This document shows, piece by piece, positions 12,979 through 24,925 of a DNA stretch of 64,000 bases; within the stretch, counting starts at the first letter, position 1, and each line of letters starts with the position of its first letter. The notes beneath the pieces were generated by a model that worked only from the letters and a program-made list of their open reading frames with translations, had not been told where the DNA came from and ran no database searches. The stretch is taken from the NCBI RefSeq assembly GCF_006345805.1, contig NC_043007.1, positions 47,864,001 through 47,928,000 on the forward strand. The letters run 5' to 3'. Source of the stretch: Octopus sinensis. Its lineage: Eukaryota. Made by a program: the position numbers and the translations under genes.

Positions 12979-13712
12979 AAGAAAAAAGATAGATAAATAG
13001 AAAGAGAGAGAGAGAGAGGTGGCAGAGCTGTGAGAAGACGTAAGAAGGAAACCACATCTGATTCTTCTTCTAAAGTTCTTATATAGTTTGTCTCTTAAAC
13101 AATTTGTACTGTGTCATTCATGCAACCTACTATCAGCTCGCTTCATCTCCTTTTAGATTCGTAGATCCTCTGCATTCAGGCCCAAATCTCACTACCTTGT
13201 TGCAAAGTACTTCAAGCACAAGCATCACTTCAAACACAAGCATCTACCATTCACACGGAGTGAGTAGACCTTTGTCACCGATAGACAAAGTTACTCACTA
13301 AAGATTTTCAACCCCGTTCTTACTCTGACCACTATTTAAGTCATTTAAACAAAGACGGCTTGCAGATAGAGGCTTTGGAGCAGGTGAGAGGATCTATTTC
13401 TCGAGTAAACTCCGTCCTAAATGCTCTTGCACACATGGCACATACGAAGTCTGCTTTTGCTCTCGACGATGTAAATTCTGTTGTCCGATCAACTGAATCG
13501 CCTGCACCCAAATTAAAACGAAGGTGGTTGTGTATTCGATAGACAGGTGTACTCTTATAGTTATCCTCTGTAAGTATGGGTGAATTCGGAAAAATAGAAA
13601 ATTACATTTGCCCTAGGTCACACAATGGGATCGAACCAGACACTTCTTGGTTATGAAATGAGCTTCAGCCATACTGCGTTTATACACGCACACACACGCA
13701 TGTATATCTATC

Positions 13713-13805
<93 letters not shown>

Positions 13806-13822
13806 GTCTGTCTGTCTGTCTA

Positions 13823-13858
<36 letters not shown>

Positions 13859-13903
13859 TCTATCTATATGCACACATACACACACACACACATATATGTA
13901 GAA

Positions 13904-14271
13904 AAATAACAAGGGACGGATAATGTGTCAATCCACTAATGTACTTTACAAGAAGTTTTTAAGTGATTAATGGAGACATCACCTCATTAGGAAAACCATG
14001 TTCATCAGGTGAATACATGAATTGCAACATTCAAAAGTACTCAAAAGCCAACAGCTTGTGCCACTTCTTGATTCTTTGATGATTGCCGACAATCCTCATA
14101 GAATCAGGAAGTGGCACAAGCTGTTGGCTTTTGAGTACTTTTGAATGTTGCAATTCATGTATTCACCTGATGAACATGGTTTTCCTAATGAGGTGATGTC
14201 TCCATTAATCACTTAAAAACTTCTTGTAAAGTACATTAGTGGATTGACACATTATCCATCCCTTGTTATTT
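13904..14271. repeat. 368-bp near-perfect palindrome (172-bp arms, 24-bp self-complementary spacer)
   Basis: 13904-14075 is the reverse complement of 14100-14271, with two mismatches seen. Confidence 0.95.
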
Positions 14272-14561
14272 ATTTATTTATTTATTCATTATTTATTTAT
14301 TTATTATTTACCTCGCTCGGAACTTACTCCTTGCGCAGATCCGAAGTATATTATGGACCGTGCATTTAATGAAATGTGTATTTCCTCATTAGTCTGAGGG
14401 CTCATGATGTACTCTGTCGGTTACAGTTGATCGTATAGATAACTTGGTCAGCTTTCTGCCTTTACTTCGGTACACCCTCTATTTTTGCTGGGTATACATT
14501 TTTTCGACCTCACCCGGTGCTTTATCATTTAAGTGCCTGATTCATTTGAATCCTGATCTAT

Positions 14562-14633
<72 letters not shown>

Positions 14634-14660
14634 ATATATATATATACATACGTACATATA

Positions 14661-14890
14661 CAGTAATCCCTCGCCATATCGCGGTTCACCTATTGCGGTT
14701 TATTATTTAAGCTTACGTCGGTCGATTCCTCCGTGGTGTTGTTTTGCATTCATAATAAAATAGATGTATACAAATGATAAAAATATATATAAAAAAATAT
14801 ACAGTACAATACTGTTTCTACTCAGCGGATTTTCACCTATAGCGGGTGTGGGGCTGGAACGTAACACCCGCGATAGTCGAAGAATTACTG
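14661..14890. mobile_element. pogo/Tigger-type MITE
   Basis: TIRs CAGTAATCCCTCG / CGAAGAATTACTG, with TA on both sides. Confidence 0.8.
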
Positions 14891-14984
14891 TATATGTATA
14901 TATGATACACACACACATATACACATACACACGCACGCACACACACACACATATACATGTATCAAAAACGGATGAAAATGTCCC

Positions 14985-15150
14985 TCTTGAAGGCATGGAT
15001 TTCCCGGTCCGTCGCAGGATAACTCATTTTTGCAAACTGAGTGGATGACAGCAAAATGAGAGAAGTGTCTTGCTGAAGAACGCAACGCCTTGCCTAGTCC
15101 CGGAATCGAACCAGAATCTTACGATCATAAGTGCAACACTGTAATCATTG
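14985..15150 (-). mobile_element. tRNA-derived SINE, family C (Meta/CORE-like body)
   Basis: Reverse complement of the B box (GGAATCGAACC) and AAGTGTCTTGCTGAAGAAC body. Confidence 0.55.
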
Positions 15151-15290
15151 TTTCAGTCACTGCTCAGGGGCACTGCTTGAAGGATTTAGTCGAACAAATC
15201 GCTCTCCAACATTTATTTTTCTAAGTCTCTTTTACTGAACTTTCTCAGTTGCAGAGACGTAAACAAGCTGGCACCGGTTGTCAAGAAGTG

Positions 15291-15343
<53 letters not shown>

Positions 15344-15490
15344 TTCGCGACGGGCTTCTTTCAGTTTCTATCGACTAAGTCTACTCCCAAGACTTTGAAC
15401 GGCTCTGGGCTAGAGTAGAAGGCACTTGCCCAAATATGAACCCGGAACCATGTAGTTAAGAAGCGAACCTCTTACCACACAGTCATGCTT
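15150..15490 (-). mobile_element. SINE family B with internal (CA)n
   Basis: Reverse complement of the family B head, body and tail. Confidence 0.75.
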
Positions 15491-15889
15491 GCGTTTATAT
15501 ACATATACATACATTCGTACATACACACACACGCATGCACACATGCACACACACAGATATATATCGTATGTATGTGTGTGTATAAAGAGAAAGCTATCTA
15601 GATATTTAGTGGATAGATAGTTAAACACGCGCTCACACACACACACACACACACACAGACATTATCACTGACTGTTGTTACTCGTAATATTACAAATAAT
15701 TAGTAATTATTCTCACACGTAAATTTAGGATAGTGAGAATGGAAGTAATTAACGATAAAGATTTTTGATCTTAGCAGGGTCACCGGCATTAAGAGGGAGG
15801 AAATAGTGTAAGGAGCAGAGACAATATTAATATCAGGAGGTGATATTTATCCCCACTTAAGAGTGGATTTTCTGTTATAAAATCGATAA

Positions 15890-16020
15890 AATACCGGTGC
15901 ACAACTGGTATTTTATCGATTTTATCTTATTTTATCGACCCCGAAAGGAACGTAAAATCAGAAAAAATGCCGCTAAGCATTTTGCCCAGCGCGTTAACGA
16001 TCATGCAGCTCGCTGCCTTA
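15890..16020 (-). mobile_element. SINE family A (GGCGGCGAGCTGGCAG head), internally deleted
   Basis: Matches the intact copy at 61534-61760. Confidence 0.65.
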
Positions 16021-16060
16021 ATAAAATGAATATTTACTGCATCTTAGACATATATTATTA

Positions 16061-16541
16061 GTAGCTTATAAGCCGCCCGATAAGGTGGCTTTTAATCTAG
16101 TGTATAGCTTTCAAACTTCTGACCCCGAATGGAAAGAATTGCAAACAGATCTCTGACTTGTTTTGGAGAATTTCTTGCAATTGCTTCCTCCAGAGTCATA
16201 TCCCAATGATGATCATATTCGTCGCAATAAATCACGTAAACAATCTCCGAAAATAATCGCTGGATTTAGCAATTAATATCGATTATTCTCAAAATTTATT
16301 TCTAAGTTATCGTACAATAAAAAAAAAATCACGAAAAAATCGCCGAAAACAATTGCAGTAATGAAAACTTGGGAATCCAAAGTTTCAGGATTGTAGGTCC
16401 AGATTCGGACCGGAATGTTTTTAATTTACTCAATGAGTCGGCCTGATTCCAAAATGGTATATGTTGGGTTACGGTCCTTAGAAGTAAAGTTGAAAAAGTG
16501 TGATACACTGACGCATTGACATTCGCATTTATTATATTAGA
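16061..16541 (-). mobile_element. Probable non-autonomous Helitron
   Basis: Minus strand starts TCTAATATAATAAATGCGAA and ends with a GC-rich hairpin (AGCCACC-TTATC-GGGCGGCT) followed by ..AAGCTAC (CTRR-like). No TIRs. Confidence 0.5.
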
Positions 16542-16669
16542 TTAGACGTTCGAAAGGCAGACGAAAATTCGGCTATGCAGGATTTCAACAGCGGAATATA
16601 AATGCAAATCGCTAGACATTTTTTACGAAACTGCTGTTTAGCATTTTAACAAATCAGGAACAATAATAA

Positions 16670-16860
16670 TTCTTTATAAGTTTGGCAAGAGAGGGGCAAT
16701 GTTAATGCGTAGGATTACACTGGCTCCAGTACTCGATTGATTCTTTATTTTGTCGCCCCCGATAGGATGACAGGCAAAAACTGATGCGGCTGGATTCGAG
16801 CTCAGAATAATTTTGCTAAGCCCTTTGTTCGACACGCTAACGATTCTACCGGCTCACTGT
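16670..16860 (-). mobile_element. SINE family A, diverged
   Basis: Reverse complement of head and body. Confidence 0.6.
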
Positions 16861-17446
16861 CTTAGTAAGCGCCTCACCCCACCACACAAACACAAAACAC
16901 ACAGTCTAAACACATAGACACACGCACAAAAGTACGTATACATACACATGCGCGCGTGCAGATTAAGACGCAAACGCATGCGCAGATAGCGATATATATA
17001 TCACAAAAACAAAAAAAATGAAATAAGCCGAACAAGAGACACGTAGGATCGAGAGTCTTTTAAGAGATCAAGAATGTGTAACGAAAGAACTTTGACAAGG
17101 AACCTAAAATGATGATAATAAAGCTGAAGTGAAGACGAAATAGAGCGTGTATCTAATTGGCAAAATGTGACGATCCTCAAGTATTATGATATTTGTTTCA
17201 ACACACGAGTCTTACAAAACAAATACATAAACATATTATAATAATGTTTTCGTTTTTAACCACTAAGGATTGACAAATATATTGGCTTCAGTTTTTGACA
17301 CAAGTACAGCAATTTTGGGGGAGGGGATAAGTCGATTACATCACCCCCCCCCCGTTCTCTACTGGTACTTATATTTGTGTTGCCTTTTCTGGCATTAAAA
17401 TTACTCATCAGTATGATTTTGTCATGGTACGGGATTTTAGTGAGAA

Positions 17447-17677
17447 CTATCTACGGTTTGGAGTAGAAGAGTGTTCTTGTTCGCATGCCGATAAGGTAAG
17501 TGCATATGCACTGATGATGTGCCTAGATGGGCATTTACCTATCAGGATACTGAATGTCATGAGGTGCTCATCAACAGATTGAGGGATGGATTGTAATTTG
17601 CGAAGTAAAATTGATTTAATGGCAAAACCAACACTATGAATTCTTAGTTCATCTGCTGGCTTTCCATCCCAAAACAA
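17447..17677 (-). mobile_element. RTE LINE APE fragment
   Basis: FWDGKP.DE.RIHSVGFAIKS..., IISAYALTL. Confidence 0.8.
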
Positions 17678-17759
17678 AAGAGCTCACAGTAAGCATAACG
17701 AAAGAACTTTGACAAAGACACTAAAATGATGATAATAAGCTAACGTGAAGACGGAATAG

Positions 17760-18505
17760 TATTGTAGTGATTTCATATTAACCAGAACTCACAAAACTCC
17801 AGAGTGTTACTCGGAAAACTGAATGGTTCGCAGAAGGATATTTGTTAAACCATATAGAAAGAGGCCACTGAGATTCAGTATACATCCGAGAATGAACGTC
17901 TCATCTTTAAAAAGTCCAGAAACGACAAAAACTTTAATATGAAATTAAACTCAAAGCTCATGAAAATAGAGGAATGTAATGACCCTGAAATTTTGTGGTA
18001 CAATATTTGTGGTACAATATTTGTGGTACAATATTTGTGGTACAATATTTGTGGTACAATATTTGAGGTACAATATTTGTGACAGCATCAAATCAACTGC
18101 TGAAGTAGCTCAAGGATTCACGAAATACAAGCACCAAGATAGGTTCGGTGAGAATGATTCTCAAATTAAACCCCTCCTAGAAACTATGCACATGAGACAC
18201 ACGGCATAGATCTCAAACAAAACTCACCAACACTCATATCCCTATACATCTCTAGAAAGACTACAGAGAAAATAACTGCGTGAGAGGAAAAAATTTTTGG
18301 TGGACAAAAGAAAAAAAAACTCAAGAAATGGAACAGGCTGCTAACTCTCACAACTTGAGAGCACTATATGACAATCTGAAAGGTGTATTTGGTCCAAGAA
18401 CCTGTTGTACAGAACCTATTCTTTCTAATGACGGAACAAGACTTTCAAGTAGCAAAGATAAAATTCTGAAAAGATGGGTTGCACACTTTAAATCTGTAAT
18501 CAATC
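17760..18505 (+). mobile_element. RTE LINE APE-RT linker fragment
   Basis: KHQDRFGENDSQI, EMEQAANSHNLRALYDNLKGVFGP, KILKRWVAHF. Confidence 0.75.
17993..18081. repeat. 14-bp minisatellite (TTGTGGTACAATAT) x6 inside the RTE fragment
   Basis: Directly visible; one unit has a variant. Confidence 0.95.
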
Positions 18506-18527
18506 AATAATAATAATGATGATGATG

Positions 18528-18590
<63 letters not shown>

Positions 18591-18633
18591 TAATAATAAT
18601 GATAATAATGATAATAATAATAATAATAATAAT
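18506..18633. repeat. (AAT)n/(GAT) microsatellite
   Basis: Directly visible. Confidence 0.95.
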
Positions 18634-20654
18634 AAGTAGATTAACTACTGCGGTCAGTATTTTCAGTACATTTATTGACAATAAGATTCGATACGAAATT
18701 GGAGGTAAAAATGCGAAGGAATAGTTGATAAGAGGACAAAGAAAAAAAAAGAAAAATTCTAAAACAAAAACAATGCTATGTGGCATAATGGTGTTCTATC
18801 ATGGCCTTAGTTATGATGGTTAAAACAACACAAAATATCCAAAAGAATTGGACTAAACACAAACTTCCAAATGCTATCCCTCAGAAACTTCTAGAAGTAT
18901 GTAATGAAGTGGGGTGAACTAAGTAACTGCAAAATATAGAAGGTGGGCAAGAAACAATCGCATTCTCTCTGTCTATCCTGTCTTAGGCAAAAGAGAATAC
19001 ATTTGAAGGAATTACAGAGTAGGAACTCTACGGAAATTATGCCAACATTAGGAAATACTGATAAAGAGATTGCATAAACCTGTTGTGAGCAACCTGAACT
19101 CTGCGACACAATGAAAAAGTACCTTGAATTTTTCAGTAGCGCAGCCCTTCCTGATGATAGTTATATCGCTAGAAAGATTGTCCATGCCTGCTACAAACAT
19201 GCATAAGTAAAATTTCAGATAATGAAAAAGTGACAGCTCACTGCAATAAAGAGAAAAGCACAACCAGGCACTTCATGCATGTATTGGGTACTTTCAGTAT
19301 AGTTGACAACGCAACAACGAAAAGAAAAAAAATGAAAACTGCATGTAGCCTCTGATACATAGCCAGTCGACTCACTGGAATCGATTGTTTAATCTTCTCA
19401 TTACACCTCATAGTAAGTTTGCTTGATCAGATATTCTCCGAGGTAAACAGCAAAAACAACACTGATCATACTACTTTGTTAAAGAACGAGGCAACAACGT
19501 AATCTGATGATTATGGTTGACGATTTAATCGTTCCTACATGTTTGACATCAGCTTAGAGACAGGCAATTCGAGAACACACGTCAAATATGTATGTTGTAT
19601 TGTTCACACTGACGTGCACATAGATTTTGTCACGATCTGTAAATGCTCCTCAGTTTCACGCCCAGGTCAAGCATTTCTAGACGTTATGTATGGTAATAGT
19701 TATTATTCTATTTGATATAAAGGTAACGAATACAGGGGACATTACAAAGACGAATTACGATAAAGTGGTGAACTATGCAGAATCGAACTATGAAAAGAAA
19801 GAAAAATTCAACAATCAGTTGTAGAAATAACAACAATATACAATATGCGAATGAAATAAAACAAACTAAAAGGGTTACCTAGTGACAGTCAAGGAACCCT
19901 ATAAATTAAGGCTTATCTAAACTATGAAAGCCAGAGGCCTCTACCAGTTGTATTCTCAAGTATACATGTATATACTGAGAGGAGGCTCATTGATTCGGGC
20001 CATTCTTGACAATCTTAAGCACCAGTTACTAAATTCACTAAGGGACATATCTCTGCACTAACCAAATCTCCTCTTAATGAAAACTTGCATATTGGAGCCC
20101 TGCTCGCATAGGGTGTTGGCAAAAATGTCTACCTTCGAACTAATAGAAAATTTTCCTTCCACAAGATGCAATAGATGGTAATAATAGAGGCAATGCATCC
20201 GTTTATTTCCTCTGTCTGATCTTTCAGAGAGAGTTTCCTCTCAACCCATTTCTAAGTGTTACAGGCTACTTTTTTTTTTGTTTTTTTACAAAAATTCAAC
20301 TACAGATCAGGTCCGAACCAAATGCCAAATAATTTCAAGGTATTCGCGGTACAGTGTTGTACTACGCTGCTAAATATGTGTTTTTCTGCTCTTGTGCCTA
20401 TCTGTCACCGACTTGTCCTAATTAAGAGTTCTTCTGTCAAAGACTCGTAGTTCCTCAATACGTGTCGACCATTTTGATATGTTCTGTATAGAATCCTTGC
20501 ATTCCTTTCGAGCAAGATGCTCTTTCAACCACTGCAGCTTCTACATCAGTGGCTCAACAAGCCAAGAAGTATAGGAACCACGTCACTGGATGGATACCCT
20601 TAACAGAACATTATTGTGATCAATACGATTTCAATAAGTGGCCATTTACTCTGA

Positions 20655-20960
20655 CCTCAGAGTGTGGTAAGAAGCTTGCTTCCCAACAACATGGTTTCGA
20701 GTTCAGTGCTACTGCGTGGCACCTTGGTCAAGTATCTTCTACTATAGCCTCAGGCCGACCAAAGCCTTGTGAGTGGTGGATTTGGTAGACGAGAATTGTA
20801 AGACCGTCATGAATACAGAAACACACACACACACATATATTCATTTATTTAGTTATTTATCCCTGTGTGTGTGTCTTTCTGTCTGTGTCCCACCACCACC
20901 GCTTGACGACAGATGTTGGCGCATTTACGTCCTAGCGGTTCGGTAAAAGACGTTTGTCAA
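20655..20960 (+). mobile_element. SINE family B
   Basis: GTGTGGTAAGAAGCTTGCTTCCC head, GGCCGACCAAAGCCTTGTGAGTGG body, GCTTGAC..TTACGTC..TAGCGGTTCGG tail. Confidence 0.8.
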
Positions 20961-21749
20961 GAGAAGAACAAAGGAAAGAACAAATGTACCATATATCAAT
21001 AAATCTTTAGAAAATTCTATCCATCTATAATTTCAATCAACTGAAATAGTCACCGAAAAGGGGTGTGAGTGCGTGTGTCCAGTCTTACTCATAGCTACCA
21101 AAGTTATTGACCTGAGGTCGTTTAACAAGTGACCAGGCTCCCAAAACCGGTATTAGGTCACATCCACTTATATACTCGGCTCTCAGCATAGACATGAGTA
21201 TTGACAGTGGACTCGTATACAGAGAAAGTACTTTCGCTAGAGTTGTTACTATCGTCGTTGCTGTTGTTATTGCTGATGGTAGTATTCTTGTCGTTGATGT
21301 CGGGTGCAATTGCATTTTTCTGTTTATCCCAGCGTCTCTACTATCAATGGTCAAGGTCATGGATTTGTTAGGATTGATAGTAGCTTTAGTCATGCTGCTG
21401 CTGTTAAGTCTGATGCTGACGGTGATAGTGACTGTGTTGTTATTTGAACTTTGAACTAGAGAAAAGCTGTCCAATAAAGTCTCCTTCCCACCTTTCTTCC
21501 TTCATTTTCCCTAGCATTTTGTCTTTTCCGGCAGACAAAGTCATTTTGAAAAGTGAAAATACATTTAAATAGAGTAAAATGGGACTGAAAAAATATAAAT
21601 AAGCCCACTTTTCTCTTCCTTTTAGCTCAGAAACACGAGGCAAACAGATATTTGATACAAATACAATAACGACAAAAACTAACAACTTCTTTTTAAACTT
21701 ATGGGGCTGCAAACTGCGTGTTACGCTGCTATTGTAATTCTTTCCACAG

Positions 21750-21935
21750 GGCAAGCAATTTTGAGGGAGAAGTAGATTACTTCGATTCTCGTACTCAACT
21801 GGTACTTATCTTATCGAGCTGACAGGATGAAATGCAAAGTTGATTTCGACGGTTTTTTAAAACTCGGAATTTAAAGCTGATAGGCATTTTGTCAAGCGTG
21901 CTAACAATTCTGCCCTCTGGCGACCTTTTGCAGCG
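21750..21935 (-). mobile_element. SINE family A, diverged
   Basis: Reverse complement of head and body (ACTGGTACTTAT..TCGA..GGATGAAA). Confidence 0.6.
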
Positions 21936-21952
21936 GTTGCAGCGATGATGGT

Positions 21953-21984
<32 letters not shown>

Positions 21985-21985
<1 letters not shown>

Positions 21986-22520
21986 CTTTTATTTCCCGCC
22001 AGCGCGAAGGTTGATGGGGACAAAACAAAGACAGACATAAAGTGTGGGGTGTTTACATAAAATGAAATGATAATAAAAACAAAAACGAAAGTTTACACGG
22101 TTTACAATAAAAAAAGGGGAAGTAGACATAGGATACATCAGTGAAAGGAAAGAAGGGAAATATATAATCGTGTTGTGGTTCTCTTGATACAGGAGGACCT
22201 CTAGGGATAATCGAAGAACCCCACCGTCCAAGATCTCCTTGAACACCAAAGCAGGTGCCCTCTACATATCCTGCTTCTCTATTTATATGTCTACATTTAG
22301 AGCAGTCCCATCCACTCTTACAATTTTGTAACTTACCCTCGCCCTTCAATAAACTCATTCGAGAGCAACACCTCCCTCTCGACCGTCACTTTCCTTTTCA
22401 AGTGAAACTTGAAAAAATCGATGAAGGATCTACCAAAGAGGAATGTCTCTGCCCTCAGGCCTCTCAGCCTCCTCTACCAGACAACTACTTTCGCAATCGC
22501 CATCACAGAAAGTAAAATCA
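21985..22520 (-). mobile_element. Tx1/L1-clade LINE 3' end (ORF2 C-terminus + 3' UTR)
   Basis: Minus strand FFKFHLKRK-type motif shared with 50640-50930 and 62445-62720; ends AATAAAGAAA next to (ATC)n. Confidence 0.6.
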
Positions 22521-22679
22521 TCATTATGTATTGTAGGAAATATAACTCCCAAGGAAAGTATGCGGGGTTGAGGGAGAGCCTAAAAGTATCTTAAATCTGT
22601 TCAGTCAGTTGAAACTGCCTTACTTTGTATCGAATGCATTTTCCACGCTATGTGAGAAGCGTTTTCTTATCATTTATAC

Positions 22680-22841
22680 AGGCGTAGGCGTAACTATGTG
22701 ATAAGAGGTTTGTTTCCCGACTATATGATTCCAGGTTCAGTTCTACTAAGTGGCACCTTGGGCAAGTATCTTCTACTAATAGGCCCAGGCCAACCAAACC
22801 CTTGAGAGTGGATTGGTGACGAAAACTAAAAAAAGTCTGTC

Positions 22842-22845
<4 letters not shown>
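22680..22845 (+). mobile_element. SINE family B, 3'-truncated
   Basis: GGCGTAGGCGTAAC..GTGATAAG head, GGCACCTTGGGCAAGT body. Confidence 0.75.
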
Positions 22846-22898
<53 letters not shown>

Positions 22899-23078
22899 TA
22901 TAACGGTTATTTAAATAACGATCGAATCAAATGGCAGCATGGGGAGAAAAAACCTTATAGGTTATAATTATCATCGAATTATAAATAAGGGTATATAAGA
23001 GCTACCACATATATATATATAATATATATTATACATATATATACGTATATATACGTATATATATGTATATATATATGG

Positions 23079-23124
<46 letters not shown>

Positions 23125-24317
23125 CTTGCGACGGAACACATCCGGTCTCACGCCATTTCCGCTCCACCGGTCACATCCTTGCAACACCTATCTGTGTTCG
23201 GTTTGTCCTTACACAGAGGCCATCCGGATTCCCGTTTGCGCCGTGAACAGGAATTAATCTTCTCTCTTCGCTCTTATACGCCATTTGGTCTCAACTCTCC
23301 CCCCCTCCTCATCTAACCCCCCTCTCCCCCCTCCTCACCTATCCTTTCTCCCCCCGACCCCTACTTCTTCAGTCCTTCATCCTTCCACCCCTACTCCCCT
23401 TCCCTTCTTCCCTCTTTCTCCTCCCTCTTCCCCTTCCCTCTGCTCCCTCACTCCCTCTCTCCCCTCTCCCTCTTTCCTCCTTCATCCCCCTCCTCCCCTC
23501 CTCTTCTCCCCCATCCTCTCCTCTTCCCCCTTCTCCTCCCCCTCTTCTTACCCTCCCCCTTCTCCCCCCCCCCTTCTCCCCTCCCCTCTTCTCCCCCTCC
23601 CCCTCTTCTCCTCACTACACCACATGACTTTACACATCACATCACATATGATGTGCCATACTAATACACACACCAACTAATACATACTAATACGTACTAA
23701 TACATACTAGTACATACTAATACTTACACCAACCCTATACATACACACGTCCAGACCCCGCATACGCACTTATACTCTCTCACACCACACACCACATACT
23801 TATACATACCATACCGTACTAATACATACTAATACATACTAATACATACACCAACCCCATACATACGCACGTCCAGACCAATCTTACGCACTAATACTCT
23901 CTCATACCACACACACCACACACACACACACACACCCTTATACATACTAATACATACACCCCCTATACATACACACATCCAGACCCCTCCCACGCACTTT
24001 TAGCTGGTCCCTCAACCCTTTTATCAACCCTATTATCTCCCCTTATTTCGCTCTCGCGTCTCATGTTTGATCTTTGACCTCTGGCCGAAATCAGATCGCC
24101 ATGTTGATTCGTTAGCTACTGCACACGCACGCATTTTTTTTCTCTCCTTCTTTCTGTGTTTTTCTCTCTCTGTGTATCTTTCTGTTGAAGAGCGTAGGCT
24201 CGAAACGTTAAAGACTTGTTTTATTTATATTTCCTGAGCGCCATACTAAACAATTGTTCGTTTGTTTTCCACCTGCCTTCGTCTTTGTTTATTTTCATAA
24301 AGCTTCCCGTTATATAT
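23125..24317 (+). repeat. 5' pseudo-LTR (includes the 3' part of GIY-YIG, C-rich tract, CTAATACATA subrepeats and hammerhead motif)
   Basis: Near-identical to 27656-28838. Confidence 0.9.
24177..24214 (+). ncRNA. Minimal type I hammerhead-like motif (core CUGUUGA)
   Basis: TCTTT-CTGTTGA-A-GAGC-GTAG-GCTC-GAAAC-GTT-AAAGA: stems I and II pair; palindromic AACGTT replaces stem III. Confidence 0.65.
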
Positions 24318-24925
24318 TATGCGCTCACGTGGTCTCACTTTCATCCTATATTCTACCAATACCACTATCAACACTTACCTCTACCTTGGATTTTCTTTAC
24401 CTCTTGGATACTTACCATTGGCTGCACCTCTCTTTCGCGGATCAAAGTGACTTTGCATTGATGTGAAATCCTTAAAAATATACCACGACGTCTACACATT
24501 TCTCACCTTGAACTTTCAACCTTGAACTTGTTCGCATAAACTGTCCCGTTTGTTGTTTTTTATTTTCTCTTATATTACCATTTTTTTTACATTCATTTCA
24601 TGCTTCCCACATTTTCCTGAATTTTTGTTCTCCTTTCCGTCTTTCTCCCTCTCTGGATGTCCATACTCCGTTTCCTCTCCTGCAACCCCCCCTTTTTTTT
24701 GCCTCCCCCTCTCTCTGCTTCCCTTCTTTCTTTCCCTTTTCCGTTTGGCCCCGTCTTTTCTGCCCCTATCGCTTACTTATCTAGTTTTTTCATACGATTA
24801 TTATTTTTTTGTTTTTTTTCCCCTTTTTTTCGCTATCCTTTTTTTCTATTTTTTTCATACGATAATTTTTGCTTTTTGTTTTTTTTTGTTTTTTCGAACG
24901 TTTTTTTTTTTTCTGCTATCCCATC

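Noticed and set aside
17993-18081. Regular short repeat that could suggest a CRISPR array
   Set aside because: Head-to-tail 14-bp units with no spacers, in eukaryotic LINE context, and no cas genes.
18800-20250. Non-repetitive-looking stretch with short Cys-containing frames
   Set aside because: Multiple stops in all frames and no family recognised.
21085-21474. Ser/Thr-rich 129-aa minus-strand ORF
   Set aside because: Compositionally biased; may be decayed retrotransposon ORF1 but cannot be assigned.
23285-23680. Proline/serine-rich ORFs, also 25189-26001 and 27453-28193
   Set aside because: Alternative frames of the C-rich PLE and its pLTRs.
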